A DNA stretch of 52,891 bases, from the NCBI GenBank assembly GCA_001938485.1, contig MQRK01214009.1:1-52891 (forward strand), in the 5' to 3' direction. The DNA is from Girardia tigrina (lineage: Eukaryota). The position numbers were made by a program, and so were the translations under genes. Each line of letters begins with the position of its first letter. Position 1 is the first letter of the stretch. The notes below the pieces were generated by a model. It was not told the origin of the DNA, made no database searches, and worked only from the letters and a program-made list of their open reading frames with translations. Below, in pieces: positions 37,215 to 49,819 of this stretch.

Positions 37215-37478
37215 ATTTTTAGAGATACTCACTCGAATCGTTTCGCCGAATATCACGGAATTGTTGGCAATTTGAACGGCTTCTAGAGCTTCGTATAAAA
37301 ATAAAAAAATTAAAGTCGATAAAAATAGTTTCTGATTTTCATTTCGTTTATCATTGATTATTTTCACTTTCAATACTTTACCGGTCGCAGAAAACAAATT
37401 CTGATGACTATGTCATTGATGTTCTTCGGTAACTTGGTTACTGTGAGAAGTGGTTGCAATATCGATTTCAGAATTCAT
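37215..37478 (-). pseudogene. RRM-domain RNA-binding protein pseudogene (ELAV/Sxl-like pattern)
   Basis: LLTVTKLPKNINDIVI / NLFSATGKVLKVKIINDKR...EALEAVQIANNSVIFGETIRVSISK with frameshifts; RNP1 is degenerate. Confidence 0.7.
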
Positions 37479-37606
37479 TTTAACTCAAATTCAACGTTAA
37501 AACATTTAATTATTATTCTACTTAATTTTTAAAATTTTCAGTTTGATTTCAATTCAAAATAATTTTTAAAACCATTTAAATTTTGATCAGCGAACTAAAT
37601 TAATTA

Positions 37607-39905
37607 CCTCCTCATATCCCCTTTTTTAAGAATTTCTTCAGTTTTTCCAGATTTCTATCCAAGATTTATCCATTTTCATGTCGCAATCTGTATTTTCTGT
37701 AATGTATTTTTTCAATCACTACATATGGTCCTTTGTATTTGTCTTTTTTTCCTTTACTCCGGTTTCGACCTTAACAAGCACACTATCTCCGATCTCGAAC
37801 TGTCTCCTGACTGGTATCACTTCTGTATCGGTGTTATGATTCGTTTTTATTTCTCGACTATGTCATCTTTCTCTGTATATTTTTGAACAAATATAACTTC
37901 CGCTGGGCTCTTTCCTATTGTCTTCTGAAATGTTGCGTTTAGTGTAAATTCTATTTCAAGAAGTAGAGTTTCCCAATCAGTCCTAATTTTTTCTCGCAGT
38001 GACGCATTTAAATATTCTCTGATAGTCCGGAATTGTCTCTCTACTATTTCATTCGAGTTGTGATGGTATGGGCTCGAGAAACACATTTTTATATTCATTG
38101 ATTCTGCTATGTCTTTGATTACCTTCGATTCGAATGTCTTGCAACAATCTGTATTTATTTCCTACGGTGCTCCAAATCTTAAGACCCATTTTGTCATTAT
38201 GGTGCCTTTTTATGGTTATTTCATCCTGTTTGCTAATGGGTGTCAAAGATATGTACCTACTAAACTGATCTATGATTGCAACAATATACTTTTTCTTTCC
38301 CCAAGTCTCCTTTAGTGGTCCGCATATGTCTATATACACTTTCTCAAATGGTTCATTTGCGACCAGTTTCCCCGGTTTTCCTTCGAAACGATCGTTAATT
38401 TTTTACTTTTTGGCATGCTTTGCATTGTCCAATTACTTCTTTTATTATTTCATGTGATTGATCATGTCATAATTTTCCGAGATGTATTTCGTTATATTCT
38501 CTGCTTCCGCGCACGACAATAGCGTATGTATTTGTATGATCATTTCTTCTGTTTTTGAATTCGGTATCTAAATCTTCCCATGTTTGTTCTTATTTTGCTA
38601 TCTTCGATCGTAGGTTTTCTGTCTTTACCTGAATTTGGGTCTCTTTTAATTTTTTCTATTTCTTCCTTTTGATATTTGAATATCTGCGATGTTCCCATCA
38701 AGTTGATTCTGGGAGTCTTTATCTTCATCATTTTAGCATTTTCATGAGCCATCAAGCATTGCGTATATGTATCACATGTATTCCGAGACAACATGTCCGC
38801 GTTGGAATGATCTATTCCCTTTCTATTTTCTAGGTGTATGTCCACGCTTGATAAATAATTTATCCATGTCTAAAATTGCGCTGTTATCAGTTTTTTTGTT
38901 TTAACCATAAATGTAATTGCCTTATAATCCGTTCACAAAGTGAATCGCTTCCCGTATAAATAGTGATTAAAATGTTGACAGAAGTAATGCATTGCCAACA
39001 GCTCTTTCCTAATAATGCAGAATCCTTTTTCATGATTATTCATGGAGTGTAAATCATATGCAATAACTCTATCACGTCCGTTCTTGTCGTTTTGGGATAA
39101 CACTGATCCAATCGTGTCGAAACTGGAATACATGTGATACATATACGCAATGCTTGATGGCTCATGAAAATGCTAAAATGATGAAGATAAAGACTCCCAT
39201 CAGTGTCCAATATAAATTCTTTCTGAAGTCTGAGAATCCTAGAATCGGTGGTATTGTTAAAGCCTCTTTCATCTCTGGAAATGCTACATCACATGCGTCT
39301 GTCCATAACAATTTCTTCTTGTTCAATCCACACAGTTGTTCCAATGTCTTGGCCTTTGTTGCGTAGTCCTTAATACATCGTCTGTAAAAGATGCAATTTC
39401 CAAGGAAACCTCTTAGATTCTTTACAAATTTAGATGTTTCGAATGTCTTTATGGTTTCTAATTTAGATGGCTCAGTCTGTATACCTTTATCATTAATTAG
39501 ACGTCCCAAAAATTTAACCTCCGTTTTTAGGATATGACACTTTTCCGAATAATTCTAAAACTTGCTTTCCCGATTTGCTCTAATACTTTATCTTAAGTTT
39601 CGTAATGTTGTTCCAACGATTTTTAAAATATAAGAATGTCATCTAAATATAACACTGTCTGTTTTATGTCTCCGAGCACCTTTGTCATGAGTTCCTGAAA
39701 CGTTCCCGATGCCACGGCTATACCAAACGGCATTCTATTGAAACCAAATTGTCCTAGCTTTGTGGTAAATGCCGTTTTTAGCTTTAAATCTTCCTCATTT
39801 TCAACCTGGTAGTATGCATTGCCTAGATCGATTGTTGTGAAAAATCTGGTTCCATACATATTTTCCATCATTTTTATCATACTGGTCATAGGAGATGCCT
39901 GTCTC
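37607..39905 (-). mobile_element. Ty3/Gypsy pol (RT, RNase H, integrase, GPY) with PPT, decayed
   Basis: FTTIDLGNAYYQV, RMPFGI, LYLDDILI, LDTD/SFDTIGSVLSQ, HSNADMLSR, IDICGPL, SSPYHHNSNEIVER, YKGPY; PPT-like AAAAAAGGGGATATGAGGAG at about 37607-37627. Confidence 0.95.
39127..39197 (+). repeat. 71-bp inverted templated insertion copied from 38712-38782
   Basis: 71/71 reverse-complement identity; it splits the RNase H DTDAS motif. Confidence 0.95.
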
Positions 39906-40390
39906 TATTTCTTAGTGCTATTTCATTTTTTGATATTTCTTTTCTTATGTTTTCTTTCTTTATCAAGACTTTATCCCAACTTGAAAAATTTGATTTGTCT
40001 GTACTATATTTTTGGTCTTTTCTTTCCTGACCTTCTCTTCATTAGTATTTTTCCACCAATGTATTAACTTCCTGCTAAATATTATTTCCACTGATGAGAC
40101 ACCTATGGTAGCTTAAATTTGTGCTATTTAACATAAATTCTACCTCTTACAAAATTTTCTTCCAGTCTTTGTGAGTTTCAGATTTCATTCTTATATACAT
40201 GGTGTCTCATTTTGTTCTGAATTGTCACTCCACGATCTTGTTGGTATTGTAGTGGTAGGGACTAGAATATACAATTTCAACTTTAAATTTATTAACTGTA
40301 TCTTTAAAAAAGTACTGATACGATGATATGGAAAGCCATAAAGACCTTAAACATGAACCTCCATTCGTTCTACATAAATAACAGCAACAA

Positions 40391-42258
40391 ATGGAGATCG
40401 AAACGACAAAATCCGACCAATTTGCCGGGAATGGTTACTGGATTGCCAACAACATCTACCAAATAGTCAATAATGGAAACATTAATGAAGACAACAGAAA
40501 CACTGTTTGGGAGCTGTCAAAAAAGAGAAAGTACAACAAACTCTCTGCGCACCCAATAGTGGTCCGGAAAAAGACAGAGCGAAATCAAACTTATCATGAC
40601 AGACTATCAGCAGCAGAAGACTTCCTGAAATCCGTCACTAATAAACCAATTGGAGACTTTTCAGAACAATTCCAACAATTTATTCTACAGAAACAGAAAA
40701 AGAGCCGTAAAAAGCCATATAAAAGAAGAATCGGTAAAGACAAAGGTAAAAACGACAAATACCTCCATATCAGGTACAAAACCGATGCAAAGAAGGTAAT
40801 AGAAATAATCCTATCAGATTCAAAGGTGAATACGTTCCCACCTATCGAAAAGATACAGGAATACGGACAGACAAAGGTACGTGATCCCCTTGTAACTAAT
40901 CGAACAAGGACCAGAATTTGGGTTCAAGAAAATAACAGAGGCAGAAATATTGTCGGTTTTGCTAAAGATGAAAAAAATCTAGCCCTGAGAAATCGAATAT
41001 TACATACAAAGACATCGAATACTGTGATCCTAGCGTCTGTATCCTTCCAAAACTATTTGAAAAGATACTGGATAGCAATGAAATACCGAAAAATTGTGGT
41101 GAATTTATAACAATCCTCATACCAAAACCAGGAAAAGACGGTAAATACGAAGAGGTGTCATCCTGGAGACCAATTACACTATTAGAATGCATCTACAAAG
41201 TTTTTGCGTCTTGCCTGACAGCTCAGCTTGAAAAGTGGTTGATGGAAAATGACCTAATTTTCCCGCTTCAAAAGGGCACAGGAACATCTGATGGATGCGC
41301 AGAACACAATAATTTGCTAAGAATCATTCTTGAAGAACTAGACGAAGTTTATGTCGCCTTCCTGGATCTCCCAGATGCATTCAGTAGAATGCCCATCGCC
41401 CATGTGAGGGAAATACTGCGAAGAAAAGGGATTAATACAAAATCCTGCGACTTGATACGACAAATCTACGCCGAAAACACATTAGAGTATTCCTGTAATG
41501 GTAGATCAATACCAGCTATACCGATCAACAGAGGAGTCCGACAAGGATGTCCACTCTCAATGCTCCTCTTCAATGTCGGTATTGATCCAATCCTGTCTGA
41601 AATCCACAGCTCCCAGGACTCTGGAATACGAATCAAAGAATGCAAAATCTCCTGCCTTGCTTATGCCGATGATATTACGTTAATATCCAACGCGCATGAA
41701 GGCCTCCTGGAAATTGTCAACAATGCCTTCAAATGGGCCTCTTGGACATCAATGACCTTCAACCCAAGCAAATCCGGCTACCTGTTAACAACTGTGAAAA
41801 GCAGAAAAATCTACACCAATGGAGAAGAAATCTTGATAGTTGACGATGAAAAGGGATACAGATACCTTGGAGTGGATTTTATAAGAAAGACAAAAAGTTC
41901 TCCAACTGAGCTATTCAAAAGTATCATAAAAAATATGAAAAAGATAGCTAAATCCTCACTTGATCCAGTGCAAAAGATTGACGCTTACAAAACATTCATT
42001 TACTCGCACATAATCTTCTCATTTCGGAATTACAACATACCGAATAGAGAGCTGCCTAATTAAGGTCATGCTGAAAAAAAAGACAAGACATTTGTCAACG
42101 ATCTAGACAGGAGATCAGCAAATTAATAAAGCCTATATGCGGACTCCAGCCAACAGCATCCAACGACTACCTATATGCTGGAAAAGAATAAGGCGGATTT
42201 GGACCTGTGACGAATACGCCATGCAATCCATCATACAGGCGTTCAGGAACCTGACTTA
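40391..42258 (+). mobile_element. Non-LTR retrotransposon of the restriction-like endonuclease group (R2/NeSL/Utopia-like), RT region
   Basis: WRPITL...YKVF, LQKG...DGCAEHN, AFLDLPDAF, GVRQGCPLSMLLFN, LAYADDI, YRYLGV; frameshifts upstream and downstream. Confidence 0.9.
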
Positions 42259-42259
42259 A

Positions 42260-44314
42260 GAAGATATGGGTGTTGCTGAACTTACACTAATCAATCTAGA
42301 CGATGACTTCCCTACGGAAATTGCTCTTGATGAAATTGCTGCAGCTAATGAAGAACAAGACGAAGATGAAGAGATCAACACAGTCTCAGATAATTTATCA
42401 AGTGATGATGATGAAGAATTAGACTCAAGCATTTTATAAGTAAGATCAGAGGAAGGTTCAAGTGTCGAGGAAGAAGAGGATGTTTAGCTTGCAACTCCAT
42501 GACTTCAAGCTTCTAGTAGTTTGCAATGGATACTGCAAACAGATCAGGCACATCCTCCAGGTAGAGTAGCAGCACAGAACATATTTCGTGTACCAAATGT
42601 TAGTCTGGCAGTAGGATTTCATCCTAACTCAAGTTTGGAAGCCTTCAAAGCATTTTTCGGAAACTGTCTAGATGAGGCTCTTTTATACACCAATCGTGAA
42701 GGTCACCGAATAGCTGCTGCTAAACGTGTCACTTGGAAATCTGTGTCTGTTGTATAATTTGATGCCCTTATTGGCTTCAGTTCATTGCGGGAGCCTTGAA
42801 AGCGTGTCACATAGATACTCGTGAATTATGGGATTTGAAGAATGGAAACCCTACTTTTCGTACGACAATGAGCTTTCAACGTTTCCAATAGATACAGACT
42901 GCTCTGAGATTTGACAAAAAGACTGCGCTGATCCATTAGCCCCAATTCGAAAAATAGTTGAACTATTCAATCAAAACTTGAAAGTGCTTTACATCCATGG
43001 TTCACTTTTAAGCATAGATGAGTAACTTGTAGAGTTCCAAGACCGAGTGCGCTTTCAACAATGTATTCCTAGCAAACCCGGCAAGTTCGGAATAAAAGTT
43101 TTTTGGATAACCGACACTGAAAACAGTTTTCCCCTTCGTTGTGTCATCTACGTTGGAAGAGATACGATTCCGGAAGATGAACGAGATGTTCCTCTTAGGG
43201 AAGCTATGGTAATTCATCTGTCTAAGAACTATCTAGGAGCAGGACAAAATATCACGATGGATAATTGGTTTTCGTCTGTAAATCTGTCTGATCGCCTTGA
43301 AGCTTCTCAGACCAGCATGGTTGGAACAGTCCGTAGCAGCAGAAGGGATATACCGCCGGCTGCTAAATCAGTTCAAGGAAGGGCAAAGATGGACTCGCGG
43401 CATTATTTGGCTGGCAACAAAGTGCTCTGCTCTTGCTGGGACAAAGTAAAAGCTCCAGTTCTTCTTCTCTCCACCAAATATTCCACTGGACGACACACTG
43501 CAGGGTTGAAGCCAGAAATTGTAGACTGCTACAACACGACGAAGTCAGGCATGAACAACTTAGAAAAGTTAGTTCGCACCTTTTGCAGCCAAAGGAAGTG
43601 CCACAGGTGGCCTTACAGCATCTTTATTACTCTCGCAGATGTCACTGTCATCANCCGCCATGAAAGCCAGGGCTGCCTCCGACCAGTATCCCTACAAAAG
43701 AGACTTGGGATATAATCTGACTCTTCCACTTGTTCGCCAACGCTCCCAGAAACGTCATCTGACAAGGGCTATCAAAATGGCTGTTCGCTTGGTTGGTGTA
43801 GAAGCAGTGCATAAAGACAACCATGGAGCTAATGCTGACAAGCATGGGCGACAACGCTGTGAGATCTGCCGGGGCGCATGAGTCAAAGATTGCAAAACCC
43901 GCTTCAGGTGTGCAGAATGTGCCAAAGCAATTTGTTTGGGATATGCGGAAACAGTGCATTACTGTCCCGACTGTAGGCGCTTACTGTTGAATTAATTTTA
44001 TGACATTCTACATGCATTTGACTGTTTTTTCTTATCCTAAATGTTCAATTACTTGGAAACAATAAACCATAAAACACAGTAATTTTGTGTAATTTATGAT
44101 TCTTCTTGTATTTTGGACTTCTAAAATCATAAATAAACATGTCATACTACTTGGAATAATTAGTAGTATAATTCGAATGACAAAATGAAATTACAAAATA
44201 ATATATATACAAACACTAGATGAAAGTCACTAATATCCATAACTTATACCCATGGGTCTGGCCAGACCCAGGTTCATAATTTACTTAGTATCAAATTGAA
44301 ACATCGTTTAACGG
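42260..44314 (+). mobile_element. piggyBac element (PGBD4-like transposase pseudogene), left end missing
   Basis: Acidic N-terminus, IDE*LV, PSKPGKFGIK, ITMDNWFSS, VGTVRSSR, YNTTKSGM, C-terminal Cys cluster; subterminal palindrome TGGGTCTGGCCAGACCCA; end CGTTTAACGG|TTAA. Confidence 0.92.
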
Positions 44315-44357
44315 TTAATTAACAACTCTTTTGATACTAACCTTAGCGCTGATCCAA

Positions 44358-45756
44358 TGACTGTCACCACAGAACAAACACCCCCAAAAGTACCTTCATT
44401 TTCATTTCTATTTAATCCTAATCAAAATGAAAAAAAGTAATGTTTATTCTTTCGCTGAAAGGTTTAGGTTAAATAGCTACAGAAACAAGCTGGAATTATT
44501 TTCCAATGTAGAAATGTGTGAGATACAAAATTGTATAAATCGAGATCCATATTCATTACCTCCTGAAAATGATTATTGCATCCAATACAATCGTTAAACA
44601 AAGTTTTTATAATTTCTTTATATTCATTTTCTGGATGTTATCAATTGTTTCTGCAAAAGTTACACTCTTATTTCAACGTATCTGGCAGTACATTTGTTGC
44701 TGGACATGATGTTATCAAACTTACAAACTCATCAGTAATCACTGTTCTGAATGAAATAATTATAAAGATTTTTACTAGTGATACATCCTTGGAAATGCAA
44801 AACACGTTTCAATATTTGGCAAAGAACTGGAGTCAAGAATTCTCTAGAACGGTGACTTTATCGAATACATTTGCGGACAACTTTTGTCCAAAAAACGTTT
44901 TCCAAATGTGGAATATTTCTTCTTTATACAATATTGCATATAATAACTCCGGTCAAACTCCTCTTTTCTTCTGTAACAATAGCAATATGATCACAGATTC
45001 TCGATCGTGTTACTTGACCGTTTATTTAATAATAAATGACGACTCTAAAGTGTCTAAATTTATCGAAGAACAAAACAGTCAAAACGATTCGTCATTCATG
45101 TTTTATAATAATTCAATTACTATTAAAAAGATTTGTGTTAGAGATCAACGAGTTTATTTAGACAATTCAAATATAAGATTCTTTGCTGACGGAGACTTCT
45201 GGATCACGACAATATTGATACCGATCTCAATTGTCGGACTGTTAGTAGTTATCGTAACGTACTCCATACATCGACAGTTGCATACCCTTCCAGGGTTGAT
45301 GGTCTTGTCAATGAGTACTTTCTTATTATTCACATATATTGGTTTTATAATAATTGCATTTCGAAATAATAATACCTACGACTGTTACTGGATTCTAATA
45401 ATAACTCACTTCTTTTTATTATCATATCTCTTCTGGATGATGTCCATTGCAATAATATCTGCAAAGACCTTTGCGTCAAAAAATACTACAAACAAAAAAT
45501 CAAGACATTCGTATCGAACATGTGGCTATATTTGTATATTCATTGTTGGATGCGTGGTAGTTTTCTGGTTACCAGGAATAATAAACTTTGGATGTGGTAA
45601 AATATGTTTGAGTTGGATCCCAGTTTTATATGGTGAAGTCCCTAATTGTTGGTTGAGCGGCTCATTCTCCATAATATATGGTGTTTCTGTACCGGCTGCT
45701 ATCACGTTCTTTGTTTCACTTGTGTCCCTCATTTCTGCCATTCTGGGGCTCTACAA
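44358..45756 (+). pseudogene. Methuselah/adhesion-like (family B, 7tm_2-type) GPCR: ectodomain plus TM1-5; partial gene or young pseudogene
   Basis: 400-aa ORF with TYSIHRQLHTLPGLMVLSM, C....I.THFFLLSYLFWM, YG..PNCWL and YGVSVPAAI. Donor AA|GTACGT at 45757. The upstream PSFSFLF exon joins via a possible intron 44437-44482 but needs one frameshift near 44590. Confidence 0.8.
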
Positions 45757-46289
45757 GTACGTTGAAATAGTTGCTTAAGAACATTTTTTAAGTAATAACT
45801 TTTCACATAAAACTAATCAAATATTTGCTTTACAAAACAATTGAAAATCTTTTTTGTCAAAAATTTTTTTATTATCAAATTTTTTTTAAATTAATCTTTA
45901 GCAATTTCAGTTTTAAAAACCATTAAACTTATTAAAAGGAATTACTTAAAGTAAAATATAATTCCATAATTATGTCAAAAATATTTTAATTTAAGATTTT
46001 AAGGATTGCTTTGAGTTTACCCTGTGACTCACTCATTAATGAACGTTTCAACCCCCTGAATAATATAATTGAATAAGTCTTCCCAATATAAAATGTTTAT
46101 CAAAATCGTCATATATGTTTGTACATTTAACATATTTTATATATTTTATATATTTTTTATAATTAGAAATTATTATCCCGTCTGACGAACCTTTCTTTAT
46201 GCGGTCATGTTCATACTAAAGACTATTAATTAAGATGTATACATATATTATCTAAATATAATAAAATACTTAATCTTCCATATTAATAC

Positions 46290-46570
46290 CTCAAAAACTC
46301 CGGGAATAAGATCTACGGGAAGCTTAAGTTTTCAAAATTAAGCAAGCATAAGATGGCCGGAATCTCAGTCAATGCGATGGTCCTTGACAGATCCATCAGC
46401 AATATATTATACAATGCTGAGTTAAACAACAGCAAATGACCTTTCTACATGCGGCAAGAACAAACAGCCTGCCGAACAACTTCAAACTGCGAAAACCGAA
46501 GACTGAGACTTTCTGCATGGCTTGTGGAGTAGGCATAGAAATGCAAATTCACGTTTTCTGTCTAAGTAAA
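46290..46570 (+). mobile_element. C-terminal CCHC zinc-knuckle region of an R2/NeSL-type non-LTR element
   Basis: TFLHAARTNSLP...CMACGVGIEMQIHVFC fits F.H.AR.N.LP...CR.C...ET..HV..C. Confidence 0.7.
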
Positions 46571-47695
46571 TGGAAGAGTCCCTTGATCATTCTCTGCATA
46601 AAGTTGGAACAAACAAATGCAAGCCTAGTGGAGTCAGCTAACAAAGGAGTAAATCACAAAGCAATAAACATGTTAGAGTGACTTAAGCATTTTTTGTTCA
46701 GAAAAATATCTATATGATTTTTTATCAAGTATATTTTTTTCTGCAATAAGTTTTGCATAAATAAATAACCTTCAATATAATAACATCATCATTAATGTGT
46801 ATTATATTATTTATAAAGACATGATAATTCTCGTGAATTAAGTGAATCTTTAAGAAATCTTGTTTCTCAATCATTTATTAATGCTTCCAAAATAGGAATC
46901 TAAATAGAACTACTGTAGAATTCTTCTGGAGAAGAATGTGAAATATTTGATATATTTTTTGAATTTTTGTAATGCCTAGAATTGCTACAGGAATTTTGAA
47001 CTTTTCTAACAAAATTACATCTTTAATAATTATTTCATTAAATATTTTATTAGCATTATTATGTTTTTTTCATAATTATGGATATTATTTTGTTAATCAG
47101 TTTCGATGCATTACAAAAGTCTAAGTTTTTCTTTTGAAATATTTTTTTAATAGTAAAAAAGATATTAAATTGAATCCTGATATTTAGTTGCGTTTTTGTC
47201 ACTTTCATTATCAATAGACTCGAAGTTTATAATTTAACACAAAATTTTTCTTAATATTACAACCAGTGAGCACACCAACTTAATATATTTTGGATTTTAA
47301 AAGCAAAAACACTTGAAAATCGAATGAAATGATCCACTTCATACTTATTAATTTGTTTTGGGGTATCATTATACCACGTCAACTGATCATTTGTGATAAA
47401 AAGCTTTTCTTTATATTTTTGTTAAATACCATTAATAAATATTATATTTTCTTAAACTAATTCTAAAGAACACAAATTTAACGGTATTAAATAAAATAAA
47501 ATACTTCTTTTTAATAGTTTTTTTCCCAAAGATGTATCACTATTTTGGGATTTCCAGTTTTGACTAATTAAAAATCAAAAATTCAAGCAATTCATATAGC
47601 TAAATATTGTTACACAACATTGCTCAATTTTAATACTTAAATTTTTTTATCGAATGGAAATTATTGAAATTAAAAAGATAAAAAAAATTTTAATG

Positions 47696-49819
47696 TGTTG
47701 TGTGATTTTATTTGGATCTATTAAATTATTAATAATAAGTATTGCACCAAAAATCACGCAGAAGGTCCTGATGCATGTATTGGGATCCGGCCCATTGGTG
47801 CAAGCCAACGCCGATGCATACTACGATGACATCATGGTAAGCACCGTGAACGTCTCGGTAGAACACCTCTTATCTGTGCTATATAAATATGGTCTGGAAG
47901 CAAAACCTCTAGAAGTCATTGATAGTGGTCACGTCTTGGGACTGGCAGTTAAAGGGGGAGCGGACGGACAGTTGCAGTGGCGGCTGGATGGGAGTATCCC
48001 GGAAATGCCAGAGCGCCTTACACGGCATAGCCTTTATGCGTTGACCGGAAGATTAGTGGGTGTGTGGATGGTTGCGACCAGCATGCAATGTCGTTAAACG
48101 GCTCGCTAGCGATACTGACTGGGACACCCTACTGGAACCACACGTGTCCGAGATTGTAAAGCAGCTATATGAGCTGGTTAAATCGGATGATCGAGCCCGT
48201 GGTGTTTGGGAGGTGCCGCCAGTCGGAAGTGGGCGAATATGGTGTGACGCTAGTTCAATTGCGGTCGGCGTTAGAGTCGAAATAAAGGAGGCGGTGATCG
48301 AGGATGCCTGCTGGCTTCGCCCAAAAGAAGATAGCAACCACATCAATCTCACAGAGCCTGAGGCAGCAAATCGGGTGCTTAAGGAAGCCGCAAGATTCAG
48401 TAACCGATTCAGTATCAGTCCACAAGTGACTCAACGCCTTTCTATCCGAGCCGAAGCCAATAAAATCTCATGCTCTCAGTGAGTTACTGATCAGGAGAAG
48501 AGTCAGCCAGTTCAAGCAAGTGGTGGATGAAGAACTAATAAGCGTGTCGGTCCCACTCGTTTGCTCGGGGGACAATAAAGCGGAAGTATTGACTCGCGTC
48601 CCAGCCAATTGGTGATCAATGGCAAAAAGTATAGCCGCAGCAACAACAGTTTCTTCAGATGAGTCGCAGGAGCAGATCGATGGTCTTTTTAAAAGCTCCA
48701 TTAAATTAATCATTTCGAGCTTCGACGAACCCTATTCCTAGCAAGGAAGATTTGGGGACCCAAGAAAGTCTCGGAACAGCAGATCGAGGCGGAAATAAAG
48801 GATTGCAAGCCATGTGCTTCAATCGAACCATCGCCAGTGCGTTGGAGCGAGGATGAACTTGGAGTGAAGAGAACATGGTAACGTCTTGCGGTAGACGTTT
48901 GCACATGTCGGACCAAAAAATCCTAACAATGGTCGATTGCGACCCAGGGCGGTTTGCAATATGGCGCCAAATTGCATCGGAGAGCGAACCGTGCAGCCAT
49001 GAGCAGCGTGTGGAATGAGTTTGGGCCACCAGAAGAATTTTTGTTCGATAATTATAGCACCTTCAGGGATCGCGGGTGGCGGACCTCCTTGCTCAGATCG
49101 GAATCGAGGCCCGATTTCGATGCGTAAACCGGCCAAGTGGTAATGGAATTTTGGAACGCAACCACTGAACGATCAGGAGAATGGTCGCTTGGAGCGGCAG
49201 GGCACCCAAGAGATGGTTGCGTGGTACAACGCGACCCCAAATGCAAATGGAGTAATTCCGGCGTCGACGGTTTTTGCACAAAAGAGAAGATTAATATTCA
49301 CAAAACTTTCAATCAAGCACAGCCAGGATAACAACATAATCCATCACCAACGAAGCTGGAAATCGGGGATGCGGTGTTTTTAAAACCGGCGCCATCAGTC
49401 AGCTGCATATCACAGTGGAAGCGCGGAACAGTCACGGGAACGCAATCAGTACATCAAGTGGAGGTAGATGAGAGGCCTTATCCCGTCAGCTACGTGCGGC
49501 ATGCACGTCTGGATCAGCTCGGTTTCGTTCAGATCACGAAGTGAGGGAAAACATTGAGATGCAATCAGCGCATCGAGATAGCCTTCGGGTTGATGAATCA
49601 GAACCTGTACATGAATCTGGGCTAACCAGGGAGCCTGCTAGGAAGTGGCCTTGCAGAGTAATTTGCAGACCGGCTCGATTTGAAGACTTCGTGTGTGCGG
49701 GCGCAACAGCATGCGAAGGTGACAAAATTCCCCCTTGTTCAAGTGGAGTATGTTTATGTGCCGTAAGAGCATGGGGGCATGTGGTGTGATTTTATATTGA
49801 TTTATTAAATTATTAATAA
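47696..49819 (+). mobile_element. GC-rich divergent LTR retrotransposon (BEL/Pao-like RT end, RNase H, integrase) with short LTR remnants
   Basis: YYDDIMV, VLGLAV...LQWR, GWLRPAC..VKR, WCDASSIAVGV, HINLTE, NGILER. Matching 40-bp TG-starting repeats at 47696 and 49780 (36/40), the second preceded by GGGGGCA. Confidence 0.8.
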
